NCBI GenBank assembly: GCA_044892525.1
Contig: CM097888.1
Span: forward strand, 53,816,001 to 53,880,000
Direction of reading: 5' to 3'
DNA length: 64,000 bases
Source: Schmidtea polychroa
Taxonomy: Eukaryota
Shown: piece by piece, positions 23,603-38,149 of the stretch
How the letters are laid out: each line of letters starts with the position of its first letter
Position numbering within the stretch: position 1 is the stretch's first letter
Notes under the pieces: model-generated
The model's database searches: none
Told to the model about the DNA's origin: nothing
Seen by the model: only the letters and a program-made list of their open reading frames with translations
Translations under genes and position numbers: made by a program

Positions 23603-25082
23603 TGCAATGTTTAGAAAATGAATTGTGAACAAAATTTACAAATGCTTTTACGATCATTTTCCGATCGCTACAGATCAAAAACGTATTTTTAAAGTCCACT
23701 TGAATCAAAAGTGTTTTATGAATATATAATAAAAAAATTATATAAAAAATGTATACAATGCGACTGGTAGTTTGATTCTTATAATAAATTATCAACAGGC
23801 TTCCTATTCCTAATAATTAGATTATCCATCAAAACTTTCTCGACATAATTTAAACAAAATAACTTGTCTTATTTTCAGAGGAAATATATTTTACTTTCAT
23901 CTCTAAAGAAAATCAAAGAAATATCTTGAAAATCTTCCATAACGACATATGGATGTCAAATATATCGTAGCTCTTATTTGATAATTTAATTTTAATTGTG
24001 CATTAATTTAAATATTGGCTTCAATTATTAATTTATGAATAATAAACTTCAAAATATTTTTGAAAATATTTTTTAAAACAAGAATAAAATTTATTNNNNN
24101 NNNNNNNNNNNNNNNNNNNNNNNNNNNNNNNNNNNNNNNNNNNNNNNNNNNNNNNNNNNNNNNNNNNNNNNNNNNNNNNNNNNNNNNNNNNNNNNNNNNN
24201 NNNNNNNNNNNNNNNNNNNNNNNNNNNNNNNNNNNNNNNNNNNNNNNNNNNNNNNNNNNNNNNNNNNNNNNNNNNNNNNNNNNNNNNNNNNNNNNNNNNN
24301 NNNNNNNNNTCAAATGTGTAAATAAAACATTTTTAAAATTAAATATTAATTTATGAGAATGACTTATTTTTATAATTAAAATTAACTTCAAAGTCTAACT
24401 TACTAACTTTTAGAATAATAATTTTCTGGGTTAAACTCACTTTCTGAAAATAAGTCAGATTCGAATGAGCAGATCGCAATGAGGAGGTTTGCAAGGAATG
24501 CCACCATGAACATTATATGAAAATTCATTTTTCTAATGAACATTAAATAAACCATTTAAATTATTTAAAATTCAAAAATATTAAAAAATTTATCTATTTT
24601 AAGAAAAAATAAAAAAATTACTTCGAATAAATAAAGGAAAAACGATTTATCCTCTTCACGCAGACGGTTTAAAATTATTCTAAATTCAACATTCCAATCA
24701 TTTTATATGGAAATTTCTTTATCGAAATTTCTCCAATCACATTGCTGTTTACGCAAAATTTCTTCGCATTCGGAAGTTCATTAAATAATTTAAAATGTTG
24801 CATTATAATCTTGTCTGAACCTAAATTATTTTTTATAAATTTTGTAATTATTTATAAATAATAAATAAGCCAAACAATAAATTTATTTGATAATATTTAT
24901 TAATATATACAAAATATAATTACTGCTATAATTATAATAATTATTATTAAGTGATGATTCCTTGGGTAACAGCATTAATTAATACATTGAAAAGAACTAT
25001 TTTTCTAGTTGAAATTTTATTAAATACATATTTCTCAGTAAAAGGCTTAAATTATCATGTAATTATTTAAAATTAATAACAA

Positions 25083-25083
<1 letters not shown>

Positions 25084-25137
<54 letters not shown>
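25084..25137 (+). repeat. (ATT)18 microsatellite
   Basis: Direct count. Confidence 0.95.
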
Positions 25138-25139
<2 letters not shown>

Positions 25140-25752
25140 ATATATATTATTATTATCTAGTTAATGTATACATTGTCTAAGTTTATGCTTTACCTGTAAT
25201 CTCACTTGTGGTCAAATATTGTCAAAATTATGTATCATTATTTTCTGTTTCTCTGTTAAAATGCTTCAAAATACATTTTCGCCCTACGCATTTTTCTCAT
25301 AAAAATAGTCAGCCTATCATTAAAATAAGTAAAGTAATTGATAGTTAGGGCTTAGGAATCATTACAGAATTGAAGATTTGTCGGAATTCATTTAAAGTAC
25401 CAAGTCTGAGAATCAAATTAAATTTCAAATCCTTTCAATTGGAAACGTTCTGTGATTCTCTGTTAATTAATTTCATTACACTGAAATTTCATCATTATAA
25501 AGGCAACTAGGATTTATTTTTTGTAAATCAAATTTAATTCATTATTTATATTTTTTTGTCAATTTTTTAAATATAAATCTGTAAATATCAAAGAAAGGAA
25601 TACACACTTGATAAAGGCTATACCAAAATATCGAGCAACTTATTTATTGTTTTATCTGTAATCTTACTAATATTAATATGAGAATAGTTGAATTTAAAAA
25701 AAGATCAAAGTTGAAACCAAAAGATAAATGAAGGAAGATATTGAAATTTTAA

Positions 25753-25994
25753 CCTCTTAAGTAGCTATGACGGATATATACGTCATCAACTAAATCGACC
25801 TAAATTGACAAAATATGTTAAAAATATATCATAAATATTACTTTTGTTAACATATCATCTTAATAAATATCATCCAATAAGATATTATTTTATTTTTTGT
25901 AACATTATGCCCAAGACGTATCTATACTCCAGAGGATAACAAAACTCACCACTGAAGAGCGCATTTCGTTTGACGAAATAAACCACTTAAGAGG
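25753..25994. mobile_element. piggyBac-type MITE, 242 bp
   Basis: TTAA on both flanks; 10-bp perfect TIR CCTCTTAAGT; subterminal GACGGATATATACGTC. Confidence 0.8.
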
Positions 25995-26863
25995 TTAAAA
26001 AATGCTTTAAATTTATTTCTTAAACTTATCAATGTAATTTTTGTTATATTTTTATTTTTGTTAAAATTAAGTTTAGGGGAATTGAGGTAATTTTCGAAAC
26101 TGAATGACAAAATACTTTCAGTAGAGGTCCATAGTGTGGAATATGAGACACTTTTTTATATATTTTTATACATTTTTATTTATGTTTGTGAGATAACAAA
26201 TTTTAAAATATTTAACTTCAAAAATGTTAAAATATAAAAATTTAAAAAATTGAATATAAAATAGAAATTTAAAATAAAAATGAAGTGAAAAGAATTTCAA
26301 ATGGTGAAAAGTGAATTTAAAAGTAAATATATTTAAAATTTCCATAAAAAGGATAAAATTATATTCTAATATTTAAAATAATAATTAATTCAAAAATAGT
26401 AAGTGTGTTGAAGGAATCGATGAAAACATTGCTGAGCATTTATAAATGTCCTTGAACTTTGTTTATTTAAAGTTGTGATAAATAACAAATATTGAATAAT
26501 TTTCATATCAATATTTGTAAGACTATTGATCAAAACAATATATAAGATAAATGATATTTCGGCTCAGCCTTTATCATGTGTGTATTTTTATTTCTGTGTA
26601 TTTCTTTATTCAAATTTCTTAGTTATTAACATATGTCTTAAATTCAAAAAGTTTCGAAAAAAACTCTAATAATGCATATCTTTTATCTTATTTTATAACA
26701 TAGGATGAGCATAAACTTTGCATAATATTTTAAGAAAACTTTGTGGAAATAAGTTTAAAAATGCGTTTAAAAATATTTGTTTTCTATTTATTGAGTAAAT
26801 GGGTTTTTAAAAACTAGCGATGGCTTATTATATATTTTTTCTATTTAGAATGACAATCTAGTA

Positions 26864-27113
26864 CAGCCATGGCCAATCGGTGGCCCGCGAAGCGTTTTGA
26901 TGTGGCCCGGATACAAATTTAAACATCAAATCAATAATTGTCTTTTTTAGAATTCATATTCGAATTAAGCATGTTTTAATTTAAAAAATTGATTCTAAGT
27001 TTACTTGAATCGTAAAAACGAGTTATATTTATTTAAATGAATTTATTGTGGCCCGTGTGATAGTATTTTTCCGAAAATTTGGCCCTTCGATTGATTTGGG
27101 TTGACCACCACTG
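26864..27113. mobile_element. Buster/Charlie-type hAT MITE, 250 bp
   Basis: Perfect 8-bp TSD ATCTAGTA. Ends CAGCCATGGCCAA and TTGACCACCACTG. Repeated TGGCCC subterminal motifs. Confidence 0.88.
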
Positions 27114-30100
27114 ATCTAGTACTATCGTGAACCTGCAATATTTATTATACAAATTTAAAATAATTAAAAGAAATTTGTAAACGTAAAAAAATAATATTCT
27201 CATCCTTTCATCAGAGGATTAAAATAATTATGTTATTTATTGCGGTTTGAGCGGCATAATAAATCCTTTCAACTATATTTATATTAAATATAAATTGTCT
27301 ACATTTTTCTGGGCAATATTTAAATTGGTTAATAAATACATTGAATAACTCAGATGGTTACTGACGAAAACACGAATAGAAAATAATAGAAAATTTTAAT
27401 CATATATTTTATATAGTTTTAACAAAATTTATTAAAAAGCTTGACCAGTAAATCAGTAAATATATCGATGTTTTTGATATTCACCAAATTTCAGCACTGC
27501 CTTTTTCAAGTGAAATATTTTAACAAAATATTTGTAATAAATGTTGATAAAGACTGTGCAGAAAATTTGTGTATACATTGGAATTGTTGGGATCGTCCAG
27601 ATGAGTAAGTTTTAGTGCAAAAAACTAAAAAAAATGTTACAAAATTCAAAAATAATTAAAGCAAAAAAAATTAATTAAAATTTTAAAAAAATTAAAAATT
27701 GATATTTTTGGGAGGAATGGCAAATAATAAGACAAACATGGAAATACAAATATAAAATCGATTGGAGGTCCTTAGATAAAGTTATTAAAGAAATACAAAC
27801 TCCTTGTAAGGAGATAATCTAATAGAAGTTTTGATGAGGTGACAGTTCCTATAAAAGGAGTTCTCTACTCCGTCAAATTGCCAGTATGTCCAAAGACAAA
27901 TTTGAGAGTGAAAGCTGAAATTAATTTAAATAAAAAACGTGTTGTTGAGCAACGTCAGATTCACTTAATCAATTTGCTCGAGGCGGTCTCCCATATGGTT
28001 AGCTGCCCCTAGATCTAGCAAACTTTTTTAATTGCATTCATAAAATACTAAAGACTGTAAAGTGTATTATCAATAAATATTACCAGTGTTGAGTCATTTC
28101 TTCTATCAAGATCATGTGGAGTTAGACAATCGAAAATCCTACCGAACTATTGAAAAATACTCAACAGAATGAATTTTGCGACTAATGAAGTGAAACAGAA
28201 AAGATAAATATTAATTCCTAATAAAACTAATTTAAAAGAATCAATGAAAACAAAAAATAAAAACAATTTTGTAGATGATTTATATAATTAGTTTGTTTAA
28301 ATATTGTATTTTGGTATCATCAATAAATATAATTTATGAACGAATGAATGAGTTCGATTGAAATAAAAATCTAAAGTGTTTTAAAATTCAAAAAATTCAA
28401 TTCTGACAATCTTACCCCTCGTTTAAAACTCTGAAATTTTCTTATAACACCATAAACCTCCTATCTCCAAGGTATTTAGAGTTATCATTTACATTTATCA
28501 CTATGAAATCGTCTACTGCAAATATGCTGTTCCATGGCCTGGTGCAATTGTAACTGATGTCAATTCGTCTACTAAGGTGGAGGTTTACGCTGGAGCGCGT
28601 CACATCCTGGATATTTGAGAAATATGAAAACAATGAAAGCATGTTTGGGAAAGCTTGTTTTGAAAAATATATGTATTGCGACAAGGAGTCAAACGTTGAT
28701 TTAAAAAAAAATTCCCTTTCGCCTTGATCAGTGTGACTTGCATACCTCGTACTGATCACGGGAAATATGATATTAAATTTTGCTTTAATATTCAGTTTTA
28801 TGTGATTATTAGCTTTCATTTTTGCATACGTGGCTCTTCCACGTAAAAAATACAAAAATAGACTATTTTAGAGTGACATGAAATGATCCCATATTTAGTT
28901 TTCAACGCCATTGACGAAAAGCCCTTATCACAGAGCTAAAGCTCAACGAAACTGATTATGATTTTCAAGATTTCTGTGAATAATTTCCGTATTCATTTCG
29001 ATAGAAAAGCCAAAATTTACATAAAATTTGTAAAATAGTTCACTGAGTACATTTTGTCTCAATTGGTAACTTCGCAGTTTCAACAAAGTTTTTCAGGAAA
29101 GTGCGAAATATTATTTTTATTTATTTTTAACGTCTTGGGGCTTCGGAGCTAAAAAGTTTGAAAAACATTTCCTGGGTTGATGAATAAAATAAAATCAAAT
29201 TAAATTAATCAAATAAAATAAAATAAAATCAATAAAAATAATTTTACACTTTTAAACCCAAATTACCTTGAGTTCATACGCAATTTTCTTACATTTTAAA
29301 ATGAAGAACAAACATACTAAAAAAACCCTCCATGTTAGGACTCTTTTTCGTTATTTTACAAGTGGTAAAATTCCTTTCTCAATAATTTTACTTAAAATTT
29401 AAATTAACCCAGGAATTAATGTAGAATTTAATTAAATTATAAATTTTATTTCAATAAATCCAATTCAAGGAACTAATTATAATTAGAGAATTAAATAATT
29501 TTTATTAAAAATAAATTTGAAACGACTTATTTTTTTATAAAATCAATATGTAATTTATAATCCTTATTAATTAAAAAAATTATATTTAATAATTTATAGA
29601 AAATTATTTAAAATACGAAAATTACGAAAAATTGTTTCTATCACAATATAATGAATGTTAATTTAATTAATTAATCTAATATTGCTAACAGCGGTTATTT
29701 TAAAATTACAATTAATTTTTTTATCGCGCTTTTAATAAAGGACTGAATGTCTGTGGAACTACATCCGTTTCTAATGATTAGAAAGCTTCTATAATCTAAA
29801 AAACCGATAAAATTATAGTATCGGTACACACAAACTTACCTGTTTCTAAATATTTAATGCTTTAGCTAACAAAAGTTTTTACACCTGTTTGCAATCAATC
29901 AATCAATCAAAAACCAATAAATTTGGATTATATAAACACACAAACTTCCCTCTGTGGTGAATTTTAACGATGCAATGAATAAAGGCATTTAATATAGAAA
30001 GTGAGAAAGTGTTAAAAATAAACTGACACACACAAACACAACCCATGGTAAAAAATACACATGAAATTTTTATATGTAGAATCGTTCTAATAAATAGACG

Positions 30101-31624
30101 CACTATAATAAATTATTTACAGAAATCTTTAGAAGAAATAAGCGAAAACAATTTTCGAAGGAAATTCTGAAAATTCATCTTTGAGTTGTAAAGAAAAATT
30201 ATTTCGTAAGATTAATCTACAATTTTTAATAAATTTAATAGTTTTTTAGTATTTCACATTGTCCAGAAAAATCTTTATCAATTTTGCCGTCCAAAGTTGA
30301 TGTTGGGAAGAAAACTAGAAAATCGTAAATTTTATTAACTTAAATTTTAAATCGAATATTTCCTTAAATTTTGTAAAAAAATAGATGTCTTTGGGGATTT
30401 GTTAATTAATTACTTTAAAAATAATAGAACTCATTGTATCGAAATAAATGAAAATGTTTATTAATAAATACCTAAAAATCCTCAAAAATTAATTATAAAT
30501 AATTTATATTGGAAAATGTTGAGAAAAAGTAATATTAAAAAGTAATAATAATTATATAAATTCGAAATTCAAGCCTTAAAATTTACTTAAAATTAGAAAT
30601 CATACTAGAAAGCCATTTCTAAAATTAAATAAATCAACTTACAAACCTCATTTTCAAATGGTGAGTTACCTACAATTGATGTACACACCAGCGTGTACTA
30701 CACCAAACACCACCGAGATACATTCTCTATAGTGGTGGTTGGCGTGTACAGCAATTTCTCACTCACCAATTCATTTACAATTCATGTACTGAATTGCTCA
30801 TCATCAGTTATGTATTTTGGAAATTTATTTTAGCCATTTTACAAATGGCTTTCAAGTAATTTTTTTTATTTAAAGTAAATTTTAAGACTTGAATTCTAAT
30901 CCATATATACGATATGAGATCATTATTCAAATTCTTAAATATTGCTTGTAATCTACAGTATAATTATAAATTATTTTTTATTAATTTTCAGGGTATTTTT
31001 TTGGAATTTTATGACATTTATCTTTATTTTGGAATTATTTCGAAAAAATGTGAGTCCAATATATTTTTAATTATAATTAATTAAATAAATCAATCACCAA
31101 AAATATGTATTTTTTTAAAACATTTTGCGAAAAATCGATGATTAAAATAATTTTTTTAATTTTTTTTGAGCTCAATATGAGGGGCTTCTTTCGGGAAATC
31201 AAATCTTGATTGAAAAGATATTGAACCAAATTCATCTGCTCTTGATATTTTCATTTAAAATATAATTTTAAAAATTTACAACGATATTTTTTTCTAAAAA
31301 TTGTCTAAAATAAAGTTATTATAGAAACGTATCTCATCGTTACATTTCTACGAATCAAAAGTTTGTATGTGTTTTTTAGTGTGTGTTGCGTTTGTGTGCA
31401 GTTTTTAATTTTTCTTCCACTTTTCAGATTTCTATAGTATAAGATGTATCTCACTGAGCTATAAATCAGAACATCAACGTGAAATCAAAGTAAGTATGTA
31501 TGTTTCTATAATGTAATATTATTGATTTTTTTGTTATATTATAGGAAACGGTTCTCAGTGGTGTTTAGTGTATAGAAACTTTTAATCATTGAAACTAGGT
31601 GTATGTGTCAAAAGGTGTGCCACT

Positions 31625-32697
31625 TTAGTGATACAGCAAGAGCTTGCAGGTCATAGGGTACCATGGAAGTGTTAAAGATTTTTGAGAAATTATATGATCA
31701 AAACGAGGTTCAAAGCTTGTTGTTGCAATGCGCAGGATTGTCTGAAGATGATTATCAGTTAATTGTGACCTCATCTTAGATTTTGTGATATTCATTGTAG
31801 AAAATGTTTTTTCACAGATGTATGTGAAAATGAAAAGTGATCCAATACGCTGAGCATGTCGTCGAATAGACGGGTAAGCCGAAACCAAAAGGCTTTGATA
31901 AAATTCCATCAGGCCTAGTGAATGACATGAAGTTTGAGCCTCTGAATTTTCCAGCAAGTCTATCAGATCTAATTGCAAATCAGTTGACGCAATCTTTGGC
32001 TCACAAGTAAACGGGTTCTGGAAAATGACAAATGACTGTTCATGCAATCTGAAGTCAGAGAAACGTCGGGCAAATTCAGATAACAGGCTGCCAATAATCT
32101 CGAAATATTTGTCAGAACACAAAAGTCCAAAAGCTTGTCCGTTTTGGTTTAAAATCTCCGTGGAAGCCGCGAAATAAGATAAATTTCCGTCCTTCAGTTG
32201 TTTTTTTAGTAAGGTTAGGTTTCTTACAAACGATTTCACACTGTCCACTAAAGTAGTAATAAATTTTCCAAAGCCTTGCATTTTCAAATTAAGTTCGTTC
32301 AAAAGTGAAGTGATGTCTACTAAAAATGCTACATCAATCAGCCAACCAACATTTTGTAGTAGACCTAAACAATTTTGTTCATTTGCTTTCAATTCCTTTT
32401 GATTTTGGTTTTTATTATTCAGAAATTCAGAGATTTCGTTTCTGAGATTAATAAAACGTTTTAGTTTTGCATCTCGGCTTACCCATCGAACAGGTGTAAA
32501 ATAAATCACATCACCGAAATCCTCTTTAGATTCTTAAATTTTAAATTAAATTAATAATATTGAGTTTTATTAACGTAACTATGATGTTACAAAAACAATT
32601 TATTTTTACCTTCAAAATTTGAAAATTCCACCAGGGGCAGCATTTGACCTGCTTAAGGGCCGCATTTGACCCGCGGACCGCAATTTTGGGACCCCTG
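31625..32697 (-). mobile_element. Internally deleted hAT (SPIN/GTF2IRD2-like): one terminus plus the C-terminal half of the transposase (ORF 31625-32509)
   Basis: VRWVSR, WLIDVAFLVDITSLLNELNLKMQG, TYICEKTFSTM and LRIATTSFEP. Terminus TTTTGGGACCCCTG ends at 32697, followed by CCTTAGAA. Other end not found. Confidence 0.85.
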
Positions 32698-35210
32698 CCT
32701 TAGAAATTAATAAATTTGAATTTGAATGAATGAATAAAATAAAATGAAATATGAAATAAAAATTTATATTAGTTTATTGTAATTTATTTCAGTTATATTA
32801 TATTAATTAATTCATTTTTCAATAAGTAAATAGAAGTAAATAATATTAAAAACAATAAAATATATGAGAAACTATTAACAAGAACTGTTAAAATTTGTTT
32901 ATTCTGTCACATTTGTGTCAAAAAAGATTTTCTATTCGTTATTTTTTTATTTTCATTATTCATTGACATTTTATTATTATTATTATTGAAGTTTTTATTA
33001 ATTGGCTAATTATTTGTATTAGATTATAAATAAATTAAATAATTACGGACAAGAATAAAAGTCTAACAAAAAGAAATTCATATTTATAAATAATATTTTA
33101 TATAATTAATTAAAATTTATTAATTAAATATAATTAATATCATTTAATAACCAATGTTTTTACTTTTATAATATTTAAAAGTTTTACTTACCATTAGACA
33201 ATTGGAATCGAACTTTTCTTGCTTAAAGTGTTAAAGATTTTGGAAAAGAAATAATGAATAGATTTTTAAAAACATGATTCATTCTAACAAAACATAACGA
33301 CAAAATGCGCTTTGGTTATATTAGTGCTACTTGTTCGATGTTTATAATGAGATTTTGTATTGCAAGTTTGTATATTCCGACATATAGGCATACATACCAA
33401 TGAAATTATTATATTAGGGAATAAAAATTTTAAATTATCTTTTTTTCTAACTGATTATTAATATTATATTTTGTAAATTTATCCATTAATTAGAAACTTG
33501 GGGTTTACAAATATTATTCCACAATACATAATTATTAATATAAGTTTTTATGCATTTTTTTCTTGTTCTTAATTTTTCAAATTTTGATGAAAGGGGTATT
33601 CATTTCATCAAAAACTTTCAATGGATTTTTTATTAATTATACTTTTTTCCATTGCTGCTATCGCCCTTTGGGAAATCTTTGTCACGGATGAACAGTTTAT
33701 TGTTTTTTATGTGATGCAAGTTTTGTGGAAACTTTTCAATTGTTTTGTTTATATCTGTTAAAAAACTAACTTAAAANNNNNNNNNNNNNNNNNNNNNNNN
33801 NNNNNNNNNNNNNNNNNNNNNNNNNNNNNNNNNNNNNNNNNNNNNNNNNNNNNNNNNNNNNNNNNNNNNNNNNNNNNNNNNNNNNNNNNNNNNNNNNNNN
33901 NNNNNNNNNNNNNNNNNNNNNNNNNNNNNNNNNNNNNNNNNNNNNNNNATTGTATTATTGAATTCTTTAAGAATATAAACCTTAAGTCATGTTGTGGACT
34001 GTCGTCATGCACGATTTTTGTACTTTATTTCACTGATTTGTATCAATATTTGAAAAATTGCAGAAACGAGTAATGTAAAGAATATTAAAATTATTCCTTC
34101 TATAAATTTTTATCAATATTTATTTTTTAAATAAAATAATCACCTGACAAAAGATTTTTTAATATATGAGCACATATTTTCTGTTTCAATATTAGCAAAT
34201 AAATTAAGATTGTTCAATAATATTTGTAAAGGTTGTTCGGAAAATTCGTGCTAAATAAATTTAAATATTGATCTATAATTACGGTGACCATACGTCCTTT
34301 ATTTCACTGCTCTGTCCTCTGACTTTATTTATTTTCTAAAATAACCATTTGTCCATTTTTTTGTTCAGACGACGCAAAGTTTAAAAAACTTTTTTATATT
34401 ATATTGAACAATTTAGGTTCGTGTACGCATGTTACAGTTTTACTGTTGAGTGTCTCTTATCTTTATAGTACACTCTTTTCCTCTGGACAGTACACATGTG
34501 GACTTCTCATCAGTTATTACATTTTTACTTAGCGTTAATTAGTTACATCTGTTTATTTTATGACTTTATAAAGTGTGAACTAGTGCTATTAAAAATAATA
34601 CTACTACTATAAAAGAATCAAAATTAATGTTATTTAAATTTCTACAATATGTGTATGTATGTGTAATAATTAATATTGTTTAGATTTTTAATGTATGCAT
34701 TGTTGTAGGTTACTATTTTCCTAATAAATGTTATAATAAATGTTATAATGTTATTATTATAAACTTAAGAATTTTTATAAAATATTTATTTAACTTTCTA
34801 CAATATGTTCTTTATTTTCCCAAAAAACTTTCACAGTATCTATTATAATTTCCAATTCAAATATATATAAAGAAAATCTAAAATTTATTTTATCCGACTT
34901 TAATTTGCTAAATTAATTTTGAAGAAAAATTTTAATCTTTTAATATTTAAATTTATTTCATATTAAAGTTTACAACTTTATATAAATTTAAAAATCTTAA
35001 TAATATTTATGTATTTTATTTAAATTAATACATCATTATAATTTTTGTTTTAATATTTGATATAAATTCTGTATCCATGTTAATAGTTTATAAATAATAT
35101 AAATCAAACTCAACAATATTTATAATTTGATATTTAAATTTAATTGATAGTAATTATATATAATAAGAGATAATATAATTTTTTAACATCTAATCCTACA
35201 AAATTTTTAG

Positions 35211-37996
35211 ATATCAAATATAGAACCTTTTTTCAATCAAACTCACAATGAATCAGATTTTCAAAAGTCAGATTGGTGGGAAACAGCATTTAAACCTAAG
35301 TTCTCAATAAAGGAATGCCGGGATATTTTAGATATATCAATTGGTTCAACTGATAGTTCTGTAACATTGCCATCAGATGAAATTAACAATTTTAAAAATG
35401 TCAAAGAAGTGTCCAAGAACATTGACAATGATCAAAATCTCTACAGGCGATTATGGCGTGAACAAAGATTTGTTTCAAATGATTTTACGAAGTTGAAATC
35501 AGCTCTAAGTGAAAGCTACTTATCTAAACTCGTGCATGTTGATGAAGGTTGTGAAAAGTCCACCCAAACTAAAGAATGTATTTGGAATGCTAACGAAATT
35601 AAAATAATTCGCAGTTCTATAAAAGATTTCAAGAAAAGAGATATAAAACTAACAACTCAGGTTAAAGAGTTGACTGCTCGGTAAATATTTTTTTTGAGTT
35701 AAAATTACAGTTTATTAATTCTTTTTTATTATGCTGAATTTAAAATGCTTTGGAAATATTTATCATTAGATGAGATTTTTTAATGGTACCTAAATTTTTA
35801 GTTATAATTAGAATAATTATCTGAATCATGAGGAGACGACATTGTGAATGGGCGCGGGGGGTGGCAGCAGTAATAAACGCTTTCATTTGGATTTTCACTG
35901 TCCTTTAAATAATAATTTGATATAAATTGCACCAGACTGATTACAGAGGTAAATAATTACACAAATAAGCTTCCATGCTTTCTGTATGTTTGTGGTGTTA
36001 GTGGAGTCAAGAGAAATGACTAGAAGGAAAGAGTCGATTGGAAGTTTCCCTGACAGGAAATTCAACGGATTTCTATTGAGAAAGCAAATTTGATATTGGG
36101 GAAAAGCGTTAGGAAAATGTTGAAATTGAATGGATTATCTGTTGGTATGTTTCAGCTGAGATTCTGGCGCAACATGATAATGAGTAATATAATATTTAAT
36201 TTTTTATAATGTTCAAATGTTTTCCACAACTAACATTTCTGATAATAAACTTTTCCATACGATTATAATTTTAGAAAAATTATTTAAATTTGAATTTTGA
36301 AGAAATTTAAAATGTTAATTTTAAAAATCATTTAAAATTACAACTTTTTTATACTTATTTATTATTAAATATTAATTATAATTACTATTAATTGTTATTA
36401 GTATAATTTACTAGAATTTATTATTTTTAATATTATTTATACTTATTGATTATTTTTTTGTTATTTTTATTATTTATTAATTATTAATAATTTCTATCAA
36501 TATAATTTATTTTATTTATTATTTTTATTATTTATTATTAATATTATTTAATATCATTTTTTATTATTATTATTTATTATTTTTATTAATTATTATTATT
36601 AATTTTCAATTTTTTTTTATTATTATTTTCATAATTATTAATTGTTATCATTATAATTTAATAGAATTTATTATTTCTAATTTACTTCTAAATTTATTTT
36701 ATTATTCATAGGTATTAATTATTATTTTCATTTATTATTTATAGTTATTAATTAATATTTTCATTTAATATTTTTTTGTTATTTTTATTATTTATTATTA
36801 ATATTATTTAATATCATTTTTTATTATTATTATTTATTATTTTTATTAATTATTATTATTAATTTTCAATTTTTTTTTATTATTATTTTCATAATTATTA
36901 ATTGTTATCATTATAATTTAATAGAATTTATTATTTCTAATTTACTTCTAAATTTATTTTATTATTCATAGGTATTAATTATTATTTTCATTTATTATTT
37001 ATAGTTATTAATTAATATTTTCATTTAATATTTTTTTGTTATTTTTATTATTTATTAACAATAATAATTTTTATTATTATTTTTAATTATTATTAGTATT
37101 ATTTACTATCAATTTTTTAATTTTTATTATAATTATTTTCATAATTTAATAGTATAATTTAATAAGAATTTATATATTTTTGTTATTTTTATTATTATTA
37201 TTTTTTATAATTATTGATTATTATTTTTATTTATTATTAATATTATTATTATATTATTATTATTATTATAATTATTCTCAGTCGTATAATCTTTATTGGA
37301 TAAAAACAAAATAAAATAGAAAATTAATCTCTTAGTTGTTCTCGTCACGAAAATAATATCAACAAATTACATTTCTTAGTTATAATTTCCTCTTGCTATT
37401 TAGAAACGAATATTTAACAGGGAAAATAGAGAACTTGCATAAAAGATTTGAGAAAAAGAAAAACATTTTAAATGAAGCAGTTAAGGCAAATGAGCGATTT
37501 CATATACTCTCTGAAACTTTGTCTTCTCAATTAGAAGAATCAAAAGCCAGAAATACATTTTTACTCAATCATAAAACTGCTCTATCGGATCAGTCGAGTA
37601 AAACAAATATTCTAATCGAACAGTTGAAAGAACAAATCGTGGAGAAAGATTCAGAGCTTCATAAGTTGCAGGTATAAATGTGAGATGCGATGGAGAATCC
37701 TTTAGTGTTTGATTAATTATTCACTCAAGAAAATCATTCATGAAACTGAGAAGAAATTCCAGCATAGAATGGACATTCGAATATCGGATTTGGAGAATAA
37801 ACACAAATTGCAACAAGATTCATTACAAACTCAACTCGATGAAATGAAAATAGAACTTTTTAAAGAGAAAGAATTACACTCGGCTACCAATCGAGGATTC
37901 CAGCAATTGCTGAAGCATTTCTCTGATAAATCATCAGTAACGACTCCAGATAGAAACGCGATTGATATTACGCGTTTTAAATTCACACATTCATGA
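35211..37996 (+). CDS. Coiled-coil protein, CCDC160-like; exons 35211-35680, 37404-37671, 37730-37996 (334 aa, start exon not identified)
   Basis: GT-AG junctions with compatible phases (2, 0) and a 58-bp last intron. Heptad-rich central region. N-terminal WWETAFKPKFS and C-terminal KIELFKEKELHSATNRGFQQLLKHF resemble recalled CCDC160 ends. Confidence 0.7.
36521..37057 (+). repeat. Tandem duplication of a 260-bp extremely AT-rich unit inside an intron
   Basis: 36521-36797 recurs at 36781-37057, apparently identically. Confidence 0.85.
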
Positions 37997-38149
37997 TTTG
38001 GAACTTCCTTTTGATTTGATGTATTTCCTTAATTATAAATGCGCTCGACTTTGATTTGAATTTTTATTATATTTTCTAATCAGATTTTTGTTTAATTTTT
38101 ATTTGAGTTTTTTATTTTTTTTATATATTATTAATTAATTAATTTTTTT

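Noticed and set aside
27830-28010. Open frame containing FDEVTVPIKG, resembling the piggyBac DExxVPFKG motif
   Set aside because: No further transposase similarity downstream.
28442-28855. 137-aa minus-strand ORF with AVDDFIV and KYLG, suggesting reverse transcriptase
   Set aside because: The motifs are far too close together and other RT motifs are absent.
35843-36174. TG...CA-bounded, less AT-rich block in the CCDC160-like intron (possible solo LTR)
   Set aside because: No TSD, and the PBS-like sequence is degenerate.
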